DNA of 52,332 bases from Eubacteriales bacterium (GTDB lineage Bacteria; Bacillota; Clostridia; Oscillospirales; JAAYXM01). Location: positions 1 through 52,332 of the forward strand of contig JAZTWZ010000095.1 of NCBI GenBank assembly GCA_045636165.1, written 5' to 3'. Shown one piece after another: positions 9,968 to 18,976 of the stretch (position 1 is the stretch's first letter; each line of letters opens with the position of its first letter). The position numbers were made by a program, and so were the translations under genes. The notes under the pieces were generated by a model. That model saw nothing but the letters and a program-made list of their open reading frames with translations. It searched no databases and was not told the origin of the DNA.

Positions 9968-11095
9968 ATGAGAAAGAAAAAGAGATTTGGAGGTTTTGCT
10001 TTTCTTGCGGTAGTATTTCTGCTGTTTGCGGTAAGCGTAAGGGTTATTTCGGGAGATAAGTTTAAGAATATGGCAAAAGAGCACATCACGAGTCTTTCGG
10101 AGAATGAAGAGCTTCTGAAGCTTGCCGTTTCAAACGAAACCCAGCTTGTTAAGAATAATGAGAAAGGAAAGCTTTTAGGGATTCTTGCGTCTGAAAGTTC
10201 TCTCGTAGCGCCAGAGAAAACCGAGGGTGAGGTTGAGGAAGAAGAAAAAGTTCGCGAGGAGCTGGTCGTCTGGGAGTATACCCCCGGTGGACAGAAAAAA
10301 GAAAATACATATCCTATAGAAAACATAACGATAAGCCCGACTTCGGATAAGGGGTATGTCCGTCTCGGTAATGTCTGGGTAAAGAATGACTCCAGCAAGG
10401 GAATTGATCTTAAATGGCTTCTCTCGGCAAAACTTCCGTTCAAGCTTACGGGAGATGGACCTCATGTCCTGATTGTCCACACCCACGGAAGCGAGGCGTA
10501 TTTTCCGCAAGGGAAAGAGGAATATGCGCTTACGGATGTTGAGCGCACCTCGGATAAACGGTACAATATGATAAGAATAGGCGATGAGCTTGAGACCGTT
10601 CTCAAAAAGAACGGTATATCGGTTCTGCACGACAGGAATATATACGACAGCCCATCCTATAACGGATCATATACCCGAACGCTTGATGCGATAGGTCAGG
10701 CGCTCAAGAAAAATCCGTCGATAAAGGTTGTTATAGATGTTCACCGCGACGCGATGACGGCAGCTGACGGAACGAAGTATCGTACGGTCACGAACATAAA
10801 CGGAAAACAGTATGCACAGATGATGCTTGTAATGTCAACGGGCGAAAGCGGACTTCCGCATCCCGACTGGGCGGAGAACTTAAAACTCGCGGTAAAGCTT
10901 CAGGATGCGCTTGCGACTAAGTATCCGAATATTATGCGCCCGATGAATTTAAGGAAAGAGCGATTCAATATGCACGCGACAAAAGGCTCAATGCTTGTTG
11001 AGGTGGGAACGAGCGCAAACTCGGTGGGCGAGGCGATTGAGTCGATAAAGCTTCTCGGCGAAGAGCTTTCAAAGATTTTAAAAACAGCAAAATAA
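9968..11095 (+). CDS. spoIIP: Stage II sporulation protein P (SpoIIP)
   Basis: N-terminal TM. VLIVHTHGSEAY and VIDVHRDA motifs are characteristic of SpoIIP. Confidence 0.85.
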   Translation: MRKKKRFGGFAFLAVVFLLFAVSVRVISGDKFKNMAKEHITSLSENEELLKLAVSNETQLVKNNEKGKLLGILASESSLVAPEKTEGEVEEEEKVREELVVWEYTPGGQKKENTYPIENITISPTSDKGYVRLGNVWVKNDSSKGIDLKWLLSAKLPFKLTGDGPHVLIVHTHGSEAYFPQGKEEYALTDVERTSDKRYNMIRIGDELETVLKKNGISVLHDRNIYDSPSYNGSYTRTLDAIGQALKKNPSIKVVIDVHRDAMTAADGTKYRTVTNINGKQYAQMMLVMSTGESGLPHPDWAENLKLAVKLQDALATKYPNIMRPMNLRKERFNMHATKGSMLVEVGTSANSVGEAIESIKLLGEELSKILKTAK

Positions 11096-11102
11096 GAATC
11101 CC

Positions 11103-11135
11103 ACCCAACAAAGCAATCAAAGGTTGCTGTTGGGT
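11103..11135 (+). terminator. Hairpin after spoIIP (no clear U-tract)
   Basis: acccaacaaagcaa/ttgctgttgggt, 12 bp with a 2-nt bulge. Confidence 0.35.
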
Positions 11136-11161
11136 ACCGGGAACCTTGTTGTATTCACAAT

Positions 11162-11197
11162 AAAAACCGACGGTTTATCTTCTGATAGACCGTCGGC
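11162..11197 (-). terminator. Intrinsic terminator of the 11203-11874 minus-strand gene
   Basis: ccgacggt/accgtcgg stem. On the minus strand it is followed by TTTTT. Confidence 0.75.
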
Positions 11198-11202
11198 TAA
11201 AT

Positions 11203-11874
11203 TTATTTCTTGCCTCTTCTTTTTAGAAGTGTGAGATATCCGATTGCGACAACTATAAAAGCACCGACAGAGTCGATTATAATATCCTTCATAGTATCGG
11301 AAAGAGCTTCTCGTCCGATGAGAAGAGTTCCGTCAGCAGTCCTGAATTTCTGCATATTGAGACCGAAAAGACCGTCTCCCGTAAATTCATAAACCTCCCA
11401 TATTGCGCCGACGGCAAGAGCGAAGCAGAATGCGAAAAGGCATACGAAAAGAGGACTCAAGGTAACGCTTACGCGCTCGGAGTCGTTGAGTATTGTAACG
11501 AGCGTAAAGCCGAAAGCTCCGAGCATTGCACCTGAAAATGCGTGGAGAATCGAGTCCCAATGCGGAACGAGATAATAGAAGTTTCTGACTTCGCCAAGGT
11601 ATATGGCACAGTAAAGAAATATAAAATAAAGGATGGACATATAGTTCGGAATTTCAAACGACCATTTTCTCTCAAGCGTTGACGGAAGCCCCAGAACAAC
11701 AAGCCCGAGAAGACATTGCAGAAGCATAAGGATGTAGTCGCTTTTAAGATGTCCTCCGTCACTCACTCCGACCTCGGGTGCATTGATTATGCGTATAACC
11801 GAGTACACTATCGAGAAGGTGAGGGTTAGAAGGACGAAAATTCCGATTGTCTTTTTTACATTGTGCTTTTTCAT
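11203..11874 (-). CDS. Polytopic membrane protein of unknown function (possibly YjdF/DUF2238-like)
   Basis: 223 aa with about 6 hydrophobic segments. The HWDSILHAFSG and IWEVYEF segments resemble what I recall of DUF2238, but the family call is tentative. GGAGG RBS. Confidence 0.55.
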   Translation of the reverse strand: MKKHNVKKTIGIFVLLTLTFSIVYSVIRIINAPEVGVSDGGHLKSDYILMLLQCLLGLVVLGLPSTLERKWSFEIPNYMSILYFIFLYCAIYLGEVRNFYYLVPHWDSILHAFSGAMLGAFGFTLVTILNDSERVSVTLSPLFVCLFAFCFALAVGAIWEVYEFTGDGLFGLNMQKFRTADGTLLIGREALSDTMKDIIIDSVGAFIVVAIGYLTLLKRRGKK

Positions 11875-11922
11875 TTTAGTACCTCCTGAAAAATAAAAGT
11901 AACTTTATGTCGAAAAACATAC

Positions 11923-11951
11923 TTGCAAGATGCACGCAATACATATATAAT
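11923..11951 (+). promoter_or_regulatory. Sigma-A-type promoter for the exonuclease gene
   Basis: TTGCAA, 17 nt spacer, TATAAT. Confidence 0.5.
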
Positions 11952-11986
11952 GGTATCTGGAAGTTTTTTAAGGATGGTTAAAAACT

Positions 11987-12970
11987 GTGTCGTATATTAT
12001 ATTGGATCTTGAATGGAATCAGGCGCGGTCTAACCGTGAAGTTGTGGAAGACCGCAACGGAAACAAGCTTTATGGCGAGATAATTCAGATTGGCGCCGTA
12101 AAGCTTTCTGAGAAATTCAAAATAGCAGAGACCTTAAAAATAAATGTAAAACCGAAATACTATAAGGTTATCCACCGTAAGGTGCGCCAGATAACAGGCA
12201 TAAAGCAGGAAGACCTCGCTCGCGGCGAAGAGTTTCTTTCTGCAATGGCGAGATTCCGCAAATGGTGCGGAGAAGATTTCGCGTTCCTTACCTGGGGACC
12301 TGACGATATCCGCGTTATGCGGAGAAATATCGAGATGTACGGCGAAGATACGGAATGGATAAACAACTGGTATGACCTTCAGATGATTTATAATATGCAG
12401 ACGGCATCAGGCGATAATCAGAAATCGCTCTCGACAGCGATCGAGCATTTCGGTATTGATGCATCCGAGCCTATGCACGATGCGCTAAACGATGCGTATT
12501 ATACTGCTCTCGTAGCTGCACATCTCGACATTGTAAACGGTATCGCAGAGCTTCGTGCGCGTGCGCGCCGCCGTGCGATTATGAACGAAGACCGTCCGCT
12601 TATGTGCGAGAGCTACGGAATATACAGAACCCGTCGCGATGCATTTGCAGAGAAGTCGGTTTCGGATGTAAGATGCCCCTTCTGCGGCGAGATATGTGAA
12701 GACCGCAGAAAATGGGTTGCCGAAGGTAATGACAAATATATAACTCTTGCAAGCTGTGAAGAGCACGGGAAATATATAATTCGCTTAAATCTTGAAAAGA
12801 GCGATGGACTATATAAAGTTTCAAAACTCATATTTGAAGCAGGAGACGGTGCTGCGGCACATTATGACAAGCGAGTCAAAAGAGAAACTTCCGGCAGGAA
12901 AAGAAGAAAAAGAAGAACAAAAAGCGCATCTCCGAGAAAACCGCAAAAACTTGAAAAAACTGCCGAATAA
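11987..12970 (+). CDS. DEDDh 3'-5' exonuclease domain protein (KapD/ERI-1-like) with Cys-rich C-terminal region and basic tail
   Basis: ILDLEWN (Exo I), WG.DD (Exo II) and HDALNDA (Exo III, DEDDh). C-terminal CPFCG...C..H and a KRRKRR tail. GTG start. Confidence 0.8.
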   Translation: MSYIILDLEWNQARSNREVVEDRNGNKLYGEIIQIGAVKLSEKFKIAETLKINVKPKYYKVIHRKVRQITGIKQEDLARGEEFLSAMARFRKWCGEDFAFLTWGPDDIRVMRRNIEMYGEDTEWINNWYDLQMIYNMQTASGDNQKSLSTAIEHFGIDASEPMHDALNDAYYTALVAAHLDIVNGIAELRARARRRAIMNEDRPLMCESYGIYRTRRDAFAEKSVSDVRCPFCGEICEDRRKWVAEGNDKYITLASCEEHGKYIIRLNLEKSDGLYKVSKLIFEAGDGAAAHYDKRVKRETSGRKRRKRRTKSASPRKPQKLEKTAE

Positions 12971-13023
12971 TGTTATAATATACTTCAGATTGGGTATTTG
13001 TTATAAGATAAGGGGATTTGAGT

Positions 13024-13914
13024 ATGGCGGAAATAAAAAAAAGAAAGCGTCGTTTAGGGGATAGATACGACGGCTTCCGTGTAAGGGCAATGGACCCTAC
13101 TTTTGTTATTATACCTCAAATTATGAGAACAAGGCTTGATAGCCAGATATTCTTTGATGAGCAGATTGATATTGCGGGTCTTCGTAAGTTTATCGTTGAT
13201 AACCGCGAGGATATCCCGGGTCTTTCGATGTATCACTTTCTCGTTGCGGCACTTCTCAGAACGATGGTTGACCGCCCGAGAATAAACCGCTTCGTAAGCG
13301 GACGAAAGATTTATTCCAGAAGCTATCTCAGGGTATCGCTCACCGTTAAAAAATCAATGGACGAAAACGGAGAGGAAGGTCAGCTTACTCCCGAATTTTC
13401 TCCGAACGATACTTTGCGCGAGGTAGTGCAGAAGTTTAACGAAGGACTTGAAGAGACAAAGGCCGAGGAAGAAAAGAGCAAAGGTAACGATACCGATATT
13501 ACGATTAAGCTTCTCTCCGCGCTTCCGGGCTTTGTAATAAAGTTTGTCGTATGGCTTCTTCGCAATCTCGATGCAATTGGTCTTATGCCGAAGATTATAA
13601 ACAAGGTAAGCCCGTTCCATTCATCTGCATTTGTAACGAATGTTGGTTCAATCGGTCTTAACCCTGTTTACCATCACCTTTACGAATTCGGAACAACTTC
13701 CGTTTTTATGGCGATAGGCAAAAAGGAAATGGTAAACGAAATCGACCGCGACGGAAAAGTAAATACCCGACATGTTATAAACATCCGCTTTGTGCTTGAT
13801 GAGCGCATCTGCGACGGATATTACTTTGCCTCTGCGGTAAAGCAGTTCAAGTATTATGTAAAACACCCCGAACTGCTTCTTTCGCCCCCTGAAACTATAA
13901 GTGAAGATTATTAA
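13024..13914 (+). CDS. Stand-alone 2-oxoacid dehydrogenase E2-type acyltransferase catalytic-domain protein (CAT-like fold)
   Basis: C-terminal LDERICDGYYFA aligns by eye to the E2/CAT DHRxxDG active-site motif. There is no lipoyl domain. The ATG at 13024 has an AAGGGGA RBS; the ORF opens at TTG 13018. Confidence 0.65.
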   Translation: MAEIKKRKRRLGDRYDGFRVRAMDPTFVIIPQIMRTRLDSQIFFDEQIDIAGLRKFIVDNREDIPGLSMYHFLVAALLRTMVDRPRINRFVSGRKIYSRSYLRVSLTVKKSMDENGEEGQLTPEFSPNDTLREVVQKFNEGLEETKAEEEKSKGNDTDITIKLLSALPGFVIKFVVWLLRNLDAIGLMPKIINKVSPFHSSAFVTNVGSIGLNPVYHHLYEFGTTSVFMAIGKKEMVNEIDRDGKVNTRHVINIRFVLDERICDGYYFASAVKQFKYYVKHPELLLSPPETISEDY

Positions 13915-14614
13915 AAAATTCCTTTGATTCTTCGGGGTCTGTAATTTTCTTAAGAATATTGCTCTGAGCGAGTGAAACATGGTCATCCTGCGCGACTATT
14001 ATGTGGTCGTCGAGGTGGATGCCGGCACAGCTCAGGGCAATTGCTATTTTTCGGGTAGTATAGAGATCGTCTGCAGACGGGAGCGCATCGCCGTGAAGGT
14101 GATTATGACCGATGATGACTCTCGTAGCATCAAAGGAAAGAGCAAATTGCAGAACCTTTCTGACGCTTATGTCAATAGCATTTATCGAGCCTTCAAATAC
14201 AGGACGGCACGCGAGAAGCTTGTTGTTTGAGTCCATACACATAACGATAAGGACTTCGTGGTCATACCCGATAAAGTGCTCTGCAAGATATTCTGCCGCC
14301 TTGTCAACATAAGAGAAGATGACAGGCTTTTCCCATTTGTCGATGCAGTATCTTCTGTAAAACGCGGGAATGAGCTTTATATATGACGCCGCAGCCTTGC
14401 CCATACCGGGAATTTTACAAAGCTCGGAGACGGGCGCATCAAGAACCTGCGGAATACCGCCGAATTCGCGTATGAGCTGTCTTGCAAGCTCACAGGTATC
14501 GCGTCTCGTAATCATGCCCTGAAGCATTCTTTCAAGAACAATATAATCGGGAATGGTATCAATATTTTCTTCCATGAAGCGGCGACGGAGTCTGTCGCGA
14601 TGTCCTTCTGCCAT
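13895..14614 (-). CDS. radC: RadC-like JAB/MPN domain protein
   Basis: N-terminal HhH-like region (RLL..G...L.D.ELL) and the JAMM-like GHNHLHGDALPSADD motif. Confidence 0.85.
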   Translation of the reverse strand: MAEGHRDRLRRRFMEENIDTIPDYIVLERMLQGMITRRDTCELARQLIREFGGIPQVLDAPVSELCKIPGMGKAAASYIKLIPAFYRRYCIDKWEKPVIFSYVDKAAEYLAEHFIGYDHEVLIVMCMDSNNKLLACRPVFEGSINAIDISVRKVLQFALSFDATRVIIGHNHLHGDALPSADDLYTTRKIAIALSCAGIHLDDHIIVAQDDHVSLAQSNILKKITDPEESKEFFNNLHL

Positions 14615-14735
14615 TTACATCCCCTCCTTTTTATCTCTATAAATTCAGTATATCATAATTTTACAGAATATTACATATGTATTTTTATAAAAATTCTGTT
14701 AAGAATATATGGAGAAATATTATGGAGGGCAGAAT

Positions 14736-15407
14736 ATGTCGGAAAAAAGTGAGGAAAAGAAAGAGAAACGGGAAGATATAGTTGAAACGGGCTCGGTTGT
14801 TACCCACGGAAAAAGGGGTAACATCCATTGCATAACGATAATAGGTCAGATAGAGGGGCATAGCGTTCTCGGAAGTGATACGAAAACCACAAAGTATGAG
14901 CATGTGTGTCCTGCTCTTGCGGCAGTTGAGGAAGATGACGATATCGACGGGCTTCTTATAATGCTCAATACCGTCGGCGGAGATATAGAAGCAGGGCTTG
15001 CGATTGCAGAGCTCATTGCAGGGATGACAAAGCCGACGGCGTCGCTCATCCTCGGCGGCGGTCACTCAATCGGTGTTCCGCTTGCGGTTGCGGCAGATTT
15101 TTCAATAATCGCGGAGAGTGCGGCAATAACGATACATCCCGTCAGGATGAGTGGTGTGGTTGTCGGAGCACCACAAACATTCAACTATTTCGAGCGTGTG
15201 CAGGAGAGGATAACGAGCTTTGTCGAGCGTCATTCAAAGATGTCGGCAGATAGCTTTCGCGAGTATATGCTCAAAGTCGGCGAGCTCGCGACCGATGTCG
15301 GAACGGTGATATACGGTTCGGAAGCGGTTGAAATAGGGCTTATAGATAAGGTCGGAGGGCTTTCGGACGCGCTTTCGTATCTTCATTCGGCAGCATCAAA
15401 AAAATAA
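14736..15407 (+). CDS. ClpP/TepA-family (S14/S49-like) serine peptidase
   Basis: IIGQIEGH, LNTVGGDIEAGLAI and GGGHSIG motifs resemble TepA/ClpP-class proteins. The ATG at 14736 has a GGAGGG RBS; the ORF opens at 14709. Confidence 0.7.
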   Translation: MSEKSEEKKEKREDIVETGSVVTHGKRGNIHCITIIGQIEGHSVLGSDTKTTKYEHVCPALAAVEEDDDIDGLLIMLNTVGGDIEAGLAIAELIAGMTKPTASLILGGGHSIGVPLAVAADFSIIAESAAITIHPVRMSGVVVGAPQTFNYFERVQERITSFVERHSKMSADSFREYMLKVGELATDVGTVIYGSEAVEIGLIDKVGGLSDALSYLHSAASKK

Positions 15408-15417
15408 GAAAATGTAC

Positions 15418-15446
15418 TTGAAAAAAAGATATATCAGTTATATAAT
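15418..15446 (+). promoter_or_regulatory. Sigma-A-type promoter
   Basis: TTGAAA, 17 nt spacer, TATAAT, upstream of the 15479 ORF. Confidence 0.5.
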
Positions 15447-15478
15447 AAATATATAATTGTGAAAGGAGAGTCCGAACA

Positions 15479-15682
15479 ATGGCTCAGATTACAAAAGACA
15501 CTATCATTGGTGATATTCTTGATATGGACGTTACGACAGCTCCGTACTTCTTCGAGATCGGAATGCATTGCCTCGGTTGCCCGGCGTCCCGCGGCGAAAC
15601 TCTTGAGCAGGCTTGCGCTGTTCACGGCGTAGATGCAGACGCTCTTCTCGAGAAGCTCAACAATCACCTCGAGGGCAAGTAA
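15479..15682 (+). CDS. DUF1858-type small redox/disulfide protein (hybrid-cluster-protein-associated family)
   Basis: 67 aa. I.K.T.IGDIL......A..F.E.GMHCLGCP.S..ETL..A...HG.D matches the DUF1858 pattern as I recall it. Confidence 0.7.
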   Translation: MAQITKDTIIGDILDMDVTTAPYFFEIGMHCLGCPASRGETLEQACAVHGVDADALLEKLNNHLEGK

Positions 15683-15691
15683 TAACTAAAA

Positions 15692-15722
15692 AATTGCGTG
15701 TCTTCAGAAGACACGCAATTTT
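15692..15722 (+). terminator. Intrinsic terminator
   Basis: aattgcgtgtctt/aagacacgcaatt long perfect stem followed by TTTT. Confidence 0.75.
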
Positions 15723-15741
15723 CATTTAAGGAGAGTTTGCA

Positions 15742-16419
15742 TTGAACAGGGAACTTGGTGCGCGCCTTCTTGCTGTGGCAGAAGCAATTCCGCAGTGCGG
15801 CAGTATGGTTGACTGCGGCTGTGACCACGGTTATGTTTCGATATACGCGATGGAAAACGGACGCGCAGAAAGAATTACGGCAAGCGATATAAACCGAGGA
15901 CCGCTTGAAAATGCAGAAAAGGAGATTTCTGCGGCAGGTCTTTCGGATAAAATAGAAACCCGTCTTACCGACGGGCTTTGCGGAATAGCGAGGCACGACT
16001 GCGTTGTAATCGCAGGTATGGGCGGCGAGACGATATCGGAGATTATCTCAAAAGCTCCGTGGACGAAGGAGGGAGTGTATCTCATCCTCCAGCCTATGAC
16101 GAAGCCCGAAATTCTCAGGGAATACCTCTATAACGAGGGCTTTGAGATATACAGAGAACAGATTGTCACGGAAAGCGGACATATATACAGCGTAATATCT
16201 GCGAAGTTTTCGGGAGATGTGACTTTTGCCCCGTATGAAAAGTACATAAGCCGGGCAGCGCTTTCCGAGAGCCTCGCGAAAGATTATGCCGATGCAGTTT
16301 GCGAAAGACTTTTGCGAGAGTTTAAAAGCAGAAGTGATGCAGGCGTTATCTCGGATGATGAAAAATCCCGTCGCGAGGAAGATTTGAATTCGCTTTTGGA
16401 AGTGAGGAAGACGATATGA
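15742..16419 (+). CDS. trmK: tRNA (adenine(22)-N1)-methyltransferase TrmK
   Basis: DCGCDHGY (compare DxGxDHAYL). Paired with a nif3-like gene as in B. subtilis yqfN-yqfO. TTG start. Confidence 0.8.
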   Translation: MNRELGARLLAVAEAIPQCGSMVDCGCDHGYVSIYAMENGRAERITASDINRGPLENAEKEISAAGLSDKIETRLTDGLCGIARHDCVVIAGMGGETISEIISKAPWTKEGVYLILQPMTKPEILREYLYNEGFEIYREQIVTESGHIYSVISAKFSGDVTFAPYEKYISRAALSESLAKDYADAVCERLLREFKSRSDAGVISDDEKSRREEDLNSLLEVRKTI

Positions 16420-17219
16420 CAACAGTTTCAGATATTTTAAAGGTTCTGTGCGATTTTGCACCGCTTCATCTTGCGGCAGGGTTTGATAACCCCGGTTTCC
16501 TCGTCGGTCGCGGAGAGAGGGAAGTTACAAAAGTTCTTGTTTCGCTTGATATAACGGGCGATGTAATTTGTGAGGCAAAGGAGATGGGGGCGGAGCTTAT
16601 CGTAGCTCATCACCCGATAATTTTCAATGCCGAGAAAAGCGTTACCGATAACAGCATAACAGGCGAAAAGGTCCTCGAAATGGCAGAGGCAGGAATTGCG
16701 GGAATATGTATGCATACAAATATCGACTTCTGCCGTGACGGCATAAACGATATTCTCGCGCGCCTTCTCGGAATAGAAGACCCGATGCCGGTTGAGCCGC
16801 AGGAGGACGGAACTGTCGGCGGCGGAAGATACGGTTTCTGTAAAAAAGAAATGGAGCTTTCAGAGTTTCTTCCGATGCTCTGCGAAAAGCTATCTTCAGA
16901 GGGCGTCAGATACCACGATGCAGGAAGACCTGTAAAGAAGCTCGCGGTTGGCGGCGGTTCGTGCGGAGAGTACATTCTTACAGCTGCGCGCCTTGGATGC
17001 GATACGGTTGTTACTGCCGATATAAAGCATAATCAGTTCCTTGATGCGAAGGAGCTTTCAATAAACGCGATTGATGCAGGGCATTTTGCAACAGAGAATA
17101 TAATCTGCGAAAAGCTTTGCGAACTTATCACGAAAAACTTCCCGTCACTTTCAGTTTCCATTGCAAAAAGCAATGTTGACTGCACAGGTTATTTTAAAAT
17201 CTCCGAAAGGAAAAACTAA
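16416..17219 (+). CDS. Nif3-like dinuclear metal centre protein (YqfO family)
   Basis: Has the family-typical pattern of conserved His residues (VAHHP, HTN, GH). ATGA overlap with trmK. Confidence 0.88.
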   Translation: MTTVSDILKVLCDFAPLHLAAGFDNPGFLVGRGEREVTKVLVSLDITGDVICEAKEMGAELIVAHHPIIFNAEKSVTDNSITGEKVLEMAEAGIAGICMHTNIDFCRDGINDILARLLGIEDPMPVEPQEDGTVGGGRYGFCKKEMELSEFLPMLCEKLSSEGVRYHDAGRPVKKLAVGGGSCGEYILTAARLGCDTVVTADIKHNQFLDAKELSINAIDAGHFATENIICEKLCELITKNFPSLSVSIAKSNVDCTGYFKISERKN

Positions 17220-17224
17220 ACGAT

Positions 17225-18976
17225 ATGGCACTTGATGCAAGCTATATAGGCGCGCTCGCAAAAGAGCTTTCCGCTTGTCTTGTCGGCGCGAGGGTGGATA
17301 AGATTCACGAGCCGTCACGCGATGATATCGTAATTGCGCTCAGAGGTCCGCTCGTAAAAGGCAAGAAGCTTCTTCTCTCTGCAAATGCGAGTATGCCGCG
17401 AGTTTATCTCACAGCTCTTTCAAGAGAAAACCCGGCAGCGGCACCGATGTTCTGTATGCTTTTAAGAAAGCATCTTACAAACGGAAAGATTCTCGCGGTC
17501 ACCGCTCCCGACATGGAGAGAATTATAGATATATCCTTTGAGGTAAACGACGAGATGGGTGTTCCCTCGAAAAGAACGCTTACCTGCGAGATAATGGCGC
17601 GACATTCAAATATAATTCTGCGTGACGCGGATGACAGAATAATAGACTGCTTAAAGCGCGTTGACCTTGAGCAGAGCTCTCGCCGTCAGGTTCTCCCCGG
17701 GCTTTTCTATGAGCTTCCGCCGCGTCAGGAAAAGCTCAATGCGAAAAACTTTTCGCGCGCAGAGCTTTTTGAAATAATTTACCGCGAAAATGAGGAGATA
17801 CTCTGCGATAAGTGGCTTCTCGCAAGCTTTCTCGGGCTTTCACCGCTTGTGTGCCGTGAGCTTACCTTCCGCGCGTGCGGAGATGTATCGGCACACATAT
17901 CGGAGCTTTCTGCCGAGCAGAAGGAGAGACTTGCTTCGGCGATATATGAAATATCGAATCGTGATCCGAAGCCGTGTATCGTATATGACGGAGATGTTCC
18001 GTTTGAGTTTTCGTTCTTCCCGATAAAGCAGTATGGCGAAAAAATGCGCTGTGAAGAGAAAACTTCGCTTTCGGATACTCTTGCTGACTTCTTTGAACAG
18101 CGCGAAATAAGGGAAACTCTCCGCGCGAAGAGTCACGGCATAATGCAGGTCGTAAAAACTGCACTCTCAAGAACCGAACGAAAGCTTGCGGTCCAGAAGG
18201 ATGAACTTTCAAAAGCTGAAGATCGTGAAACGCTCCGTGAGCACGCAGAGCTTATTGCTGCTAATATTTACAGACTTGAAAAGGGAATGACCTCGTTTAC
18301 AACGAGTAACTATTTCTCTGACGGCGATGAAATAGCCTTAAAGCTTGATTCGCGCCTTACTCCGCAGCAGAACTCTGAAAAACTGTTCAAGGAATACAGA
18401 AGAATGAAAAATGCCGAAAAGTATCTCACAGAGCAGATAGAAGCTGGCGAGGAGGAGCTTATATATCTCGAAAGCGTTATCGAAAGCATCGAAAAGGCTG
18501 ACTCCGAAACGACGATTTCAGAAATAAGAGAAGAGCTTTCCGAGATGGGATATATCGATAAAGGTGCAAGAAACCAGAGGAAAAAGCCTCACGTGCTTAC
18601 CCCGTTCAAGTTCGTTTCGAGTGACGGTTTTGCGATATACGCAGGAAAGAACAACAAGCAGAACGATGCGCTTACGCTCAAAAGTGCCGATAAGCGCGAT
18701 TTGTGGCTTCATACGAAAAATGTCCCCGGGTCTCATGTCATAATTGAATGTGCAGGGTGTGAACTTCCTGACAGAACAATAACTGAGGCAGCAATAATCG
18801 CCGCGACATATTCAAGAGCAAAGAACTCCGTAAATGTCCCGGTAGATTATGCTCAGGTAAAATTCGTAAAGAAGCCTCCGGGCGCAGCACCGGGGCGCGT
18901 AATATATACGAATTACTATACGGCTTACGCAACGCCTGATGAGGAGCTTTGCAAAAAGCTTTCAAAGGAAGACTAA
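17225..18976 (+). CDS. rqcH: Ribosome quality control protein RqcH (NFACT family / FbpA-like)
   Basis: 583 aa. NFACT-N start (...G.R..KI.QP..D......R), a central coiled coil, and C-terminal NFACT-R LWLHTKNVPGSHVII. Confidence 0.85.
   Translation: MALDASYIGALAKELSACLVGARVDKIHEPSRDDIVIALRGPLVKGKKLLLSANASMPRVYLTALSRENPAAAPMFCMLLRKHLTNGKILAVTAPDMERIIDISFEVNDEMGVPSKRTLTCEIMARHSNIILRDADDRIIDCLKRVDLEQSSRRQVLPGLFYELPPRQEKLNAKNFSRAELFEIIYRENEEILCDKWLLASFLGLSPLVCRELTFRACGDVSAHISELSAEQKERLASAIYEISNRDPKPCIVYDGDVPFEFSFFPIKQYGEKMRCEEKTSLSDTLADFFEQREIRETLRAKSHGIMQVVKTALSRTERKLAVQKDELSKAEDRETLREHAELIAANIYRLEKGMTSFTTSNYFSDGDEIALKLDSRLTPQQNSEKLFKEYRRMKNAEKYLTEQIEAGEEELIYLESVIESIEKADSETTISEIREELSEMGYIDKGARNQRKKPHVLTPFKFVSSDGFAIYAGKNNKQNDALTLKSADKRDLWLHTKNVPGSHVIIECAGCELPDRTITEAAIIAATYSRAKNSVNVPVDYAQVKFVKKPPGAAPGRVIYTNYYTAYATPDEELCKKLSKED

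Noticed and set aside
9748-10443. 231-aa minus-strand ORF across the yabR 3' end and the spoIIP 5' end
   Set aside because: It is Ser/Phe-rich and antisense to strongly supported genes, and it spans an intrinsic terminator. Judged spurious.
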